Positions 62,281 through 64,000 of a stretch of DNA of 64,000 nucleotides are shown piece after piece. The translations under genes and the position numbers were made by a program. Under the pieces are notes generated by a model. That model saw only the letters and a list, made by a program, of their open reading frames with translations. It searched no databases and had not been told where the DNA came from. Every line of letters begins with the position of its first letter. Positions within the stretch are counted from its first letter, which is position 1. The stretch comes from Chiloscyllium plagiosum (Eukaryota), in assembly GCF_004010195.1 (NCBI RefSeq), contig NC_057711.1, forward strand, positions 76,587,817 through 76,651,816, read 5' to 3'.

Positions 62281-64000
62281 ATTGGAGGAAGGCTAATTTT
62301 GACGGTATTAGGCATGAACTTTCAAAAGCTGATTGGGGGCAGATAAAGGGACTGTTGGAAAATGGGACGCCTTCAGAAATTTGATAACGAGAGTCCAGAG
62401 ACAGTATATTCCTGATAGGGTGAAAGGAAAAGCTGGTAAGTGTAGGGAATGCTGGATGACTAGAGAAATTGAGGGTTTGGTTAAGAAAAATAAGGAAGCA
62501 TATGTCAGGTATAGACAGGATAGATCGAGTGAATCCTTTGAAGAGTATAAAGGCAGTAGGTATATACTTAAGAGGGAAATCAGGCAGACAAAAAAGCAAT
62601 ATGAGAAAGCTTTGGCAAATAGACTTAAGGAGAATCCAAAGGGTTTTTACAAATACATTAAGGGCAAAAGGGTAACTAGGGCCCCTCAAAGATCAGAAAG
62701 ATGACCTTTGTGTGGAGCCACAGGAGATGGGGGAGATACTAAATGAGTACTTTGCATCAGTGTTTACTGTGGAAAAGGATATGGAAGATATACAATATAG
62801 GGAAATAGATGGTGACAGTGGAAGTGCTGGATGTCTTGAAACGCATAAAAGTGGATAAATCCCCAAGACCTTATCAGATATATCCTAGAACTCTGTGGAA
62901 AGCCAGGGAAGTGATTGCTGGACCTCTTGCTGTGATATTTGTATCATTGGTAGTCACAGGTGAGGTGCCAGGAGACTCCAGGTTGGGTAACATGGTGTCA
63001 GTGTTTAATAAAGGTGGTAAGGACAAGCCAGGGAACTATGGACGAGTGAGCCTGACGTCGGTGGTGGGCAAGTTGTTGGAGGGAATCCTGAGGGACAGGA
63101 TGTACATGTATTTGGAAAGGCAAGGACTGATTAGGGATAGTCAACATGGCTTTGTGCATGGGAAATCATGTCTCACAAACTTGATTGAGTTTTTTGAAGA
63201 AGTAGCAAAGAGGATTGATGAGGGCAGAGCAGTAGACGTGATCTATATGGATTTCAGTACGGCATTCAACAAGGTTCCCCATGGAAGACTGGTGAGCAAG
63301 GTTAGATCTCATGGAATACAGGAAGAACTAGCCATTTGGATGCAGAACTGGCTCAAAAGTAGAAGATGGAGGATTGTTTTTCAGACTGGAGGTCTGTGAC
63401 CAGTGGAATGCCACAAGGATCGGTAGTGGGGTCCCCTAATTTTTGTCATTTATATAGATGATTTGGATGTGAGCATAAGAGGTATAGTTAGTAAGTTTGC
63501 AGATGTAGTGGACAGCAAAGAAGGTAACCTCAGATTACAATAGGATCTTGATCAGATGGGCCAATGGGCTGAGGAGTGGCAGATGGTGTTTAATTTAAGT
63601 ATCTGTGAGGTGCTGCATTTTGGGAAAGCAAATCTTAGCAGGATTTATACACTTAATGGTAAGGTCCTCGGGAGTGTTGCTGAACAAAGAGACTTTGGAA
63701 TGCTGGTTCATAGCTCCTTGAAAGTAGAGTTGCAGGTAAATTGGATAGTAAAGAAGGCATGTGGTATGCTTTCCTTTATTGGTGAGAGTATTGAATACAA
63801 GAGTTGGGAGGTCATGTTGTGGCTGTACAGGACTTTGTTAGGCCACTTTTGAAGTATTGCATGCAATTCTGGTCTCCTTCCTATCGGAAAGATGTTGTGA
63901 AACTAGAAAGAGTTCAGAAAAGATTTACAAGGATGTTGCCAGGGTTGGAGGGTTTGAGCTATGGGGAGAGGTTGAATCGACTGGGGCTGTTTTCCCGAGA
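62281..64000 (+). mobile_element. CR1 (HER1-like) LINE ORF2, runs past the window end
   Basis: ENPKGFYKYIK, KPGNYGRVSLTSVVGK, SQHGFVHGKSCLTNLIEFFEE, DFSTAFNKVPH, SKFAD; frameshifts and stops. Confidence 0.95.

Overview
AT-rich, repeat-dense vertebrate genomic DNA, most likely a shark (HE1-type V-SINEs, HER1-like CR1 LINEs, Penelope-like elements). The only intact host gene I can support is riboflavin kinase (RFK) on the minus strand. Its 4 coding exons (21275-21194, 13497-13346, 11657-11555, 5507-5377) have canonical GT-AG junctions and splice to 468 nt = 155 aa. A CpG-rich segment at about 53.6-54.6 kb looks like the promoter and first exon of the next gene, possibly GCNT1 by vertebrate synteny (inference). 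Most of the rest is nested mobile DNA: CR1, L1/Tx1, RTE, Gypsy/LTR relics, a pogo/Tigger-type MITE and several Penelope-like families. The most notable observations are: (1) a 33-bp tandem array of same-orientation CTCF-like motifs next to the RFK promoter; (2) a Pro-to-Arg change in the RFK PTAN signature; (3) minimal hammerhead ribozyme motifs in up to four Penelope-like terminal-repeat families, with tiny fold-back elements that invert at the ribozyme; (4) two AT-rich divergent 5S rRNA-like copies in direct repeat with apparently preserved helices; (5) a histone H4 pseudogene inside nested insertions. Repeat boundaries are read by eye and approximate, and no database searches were run.
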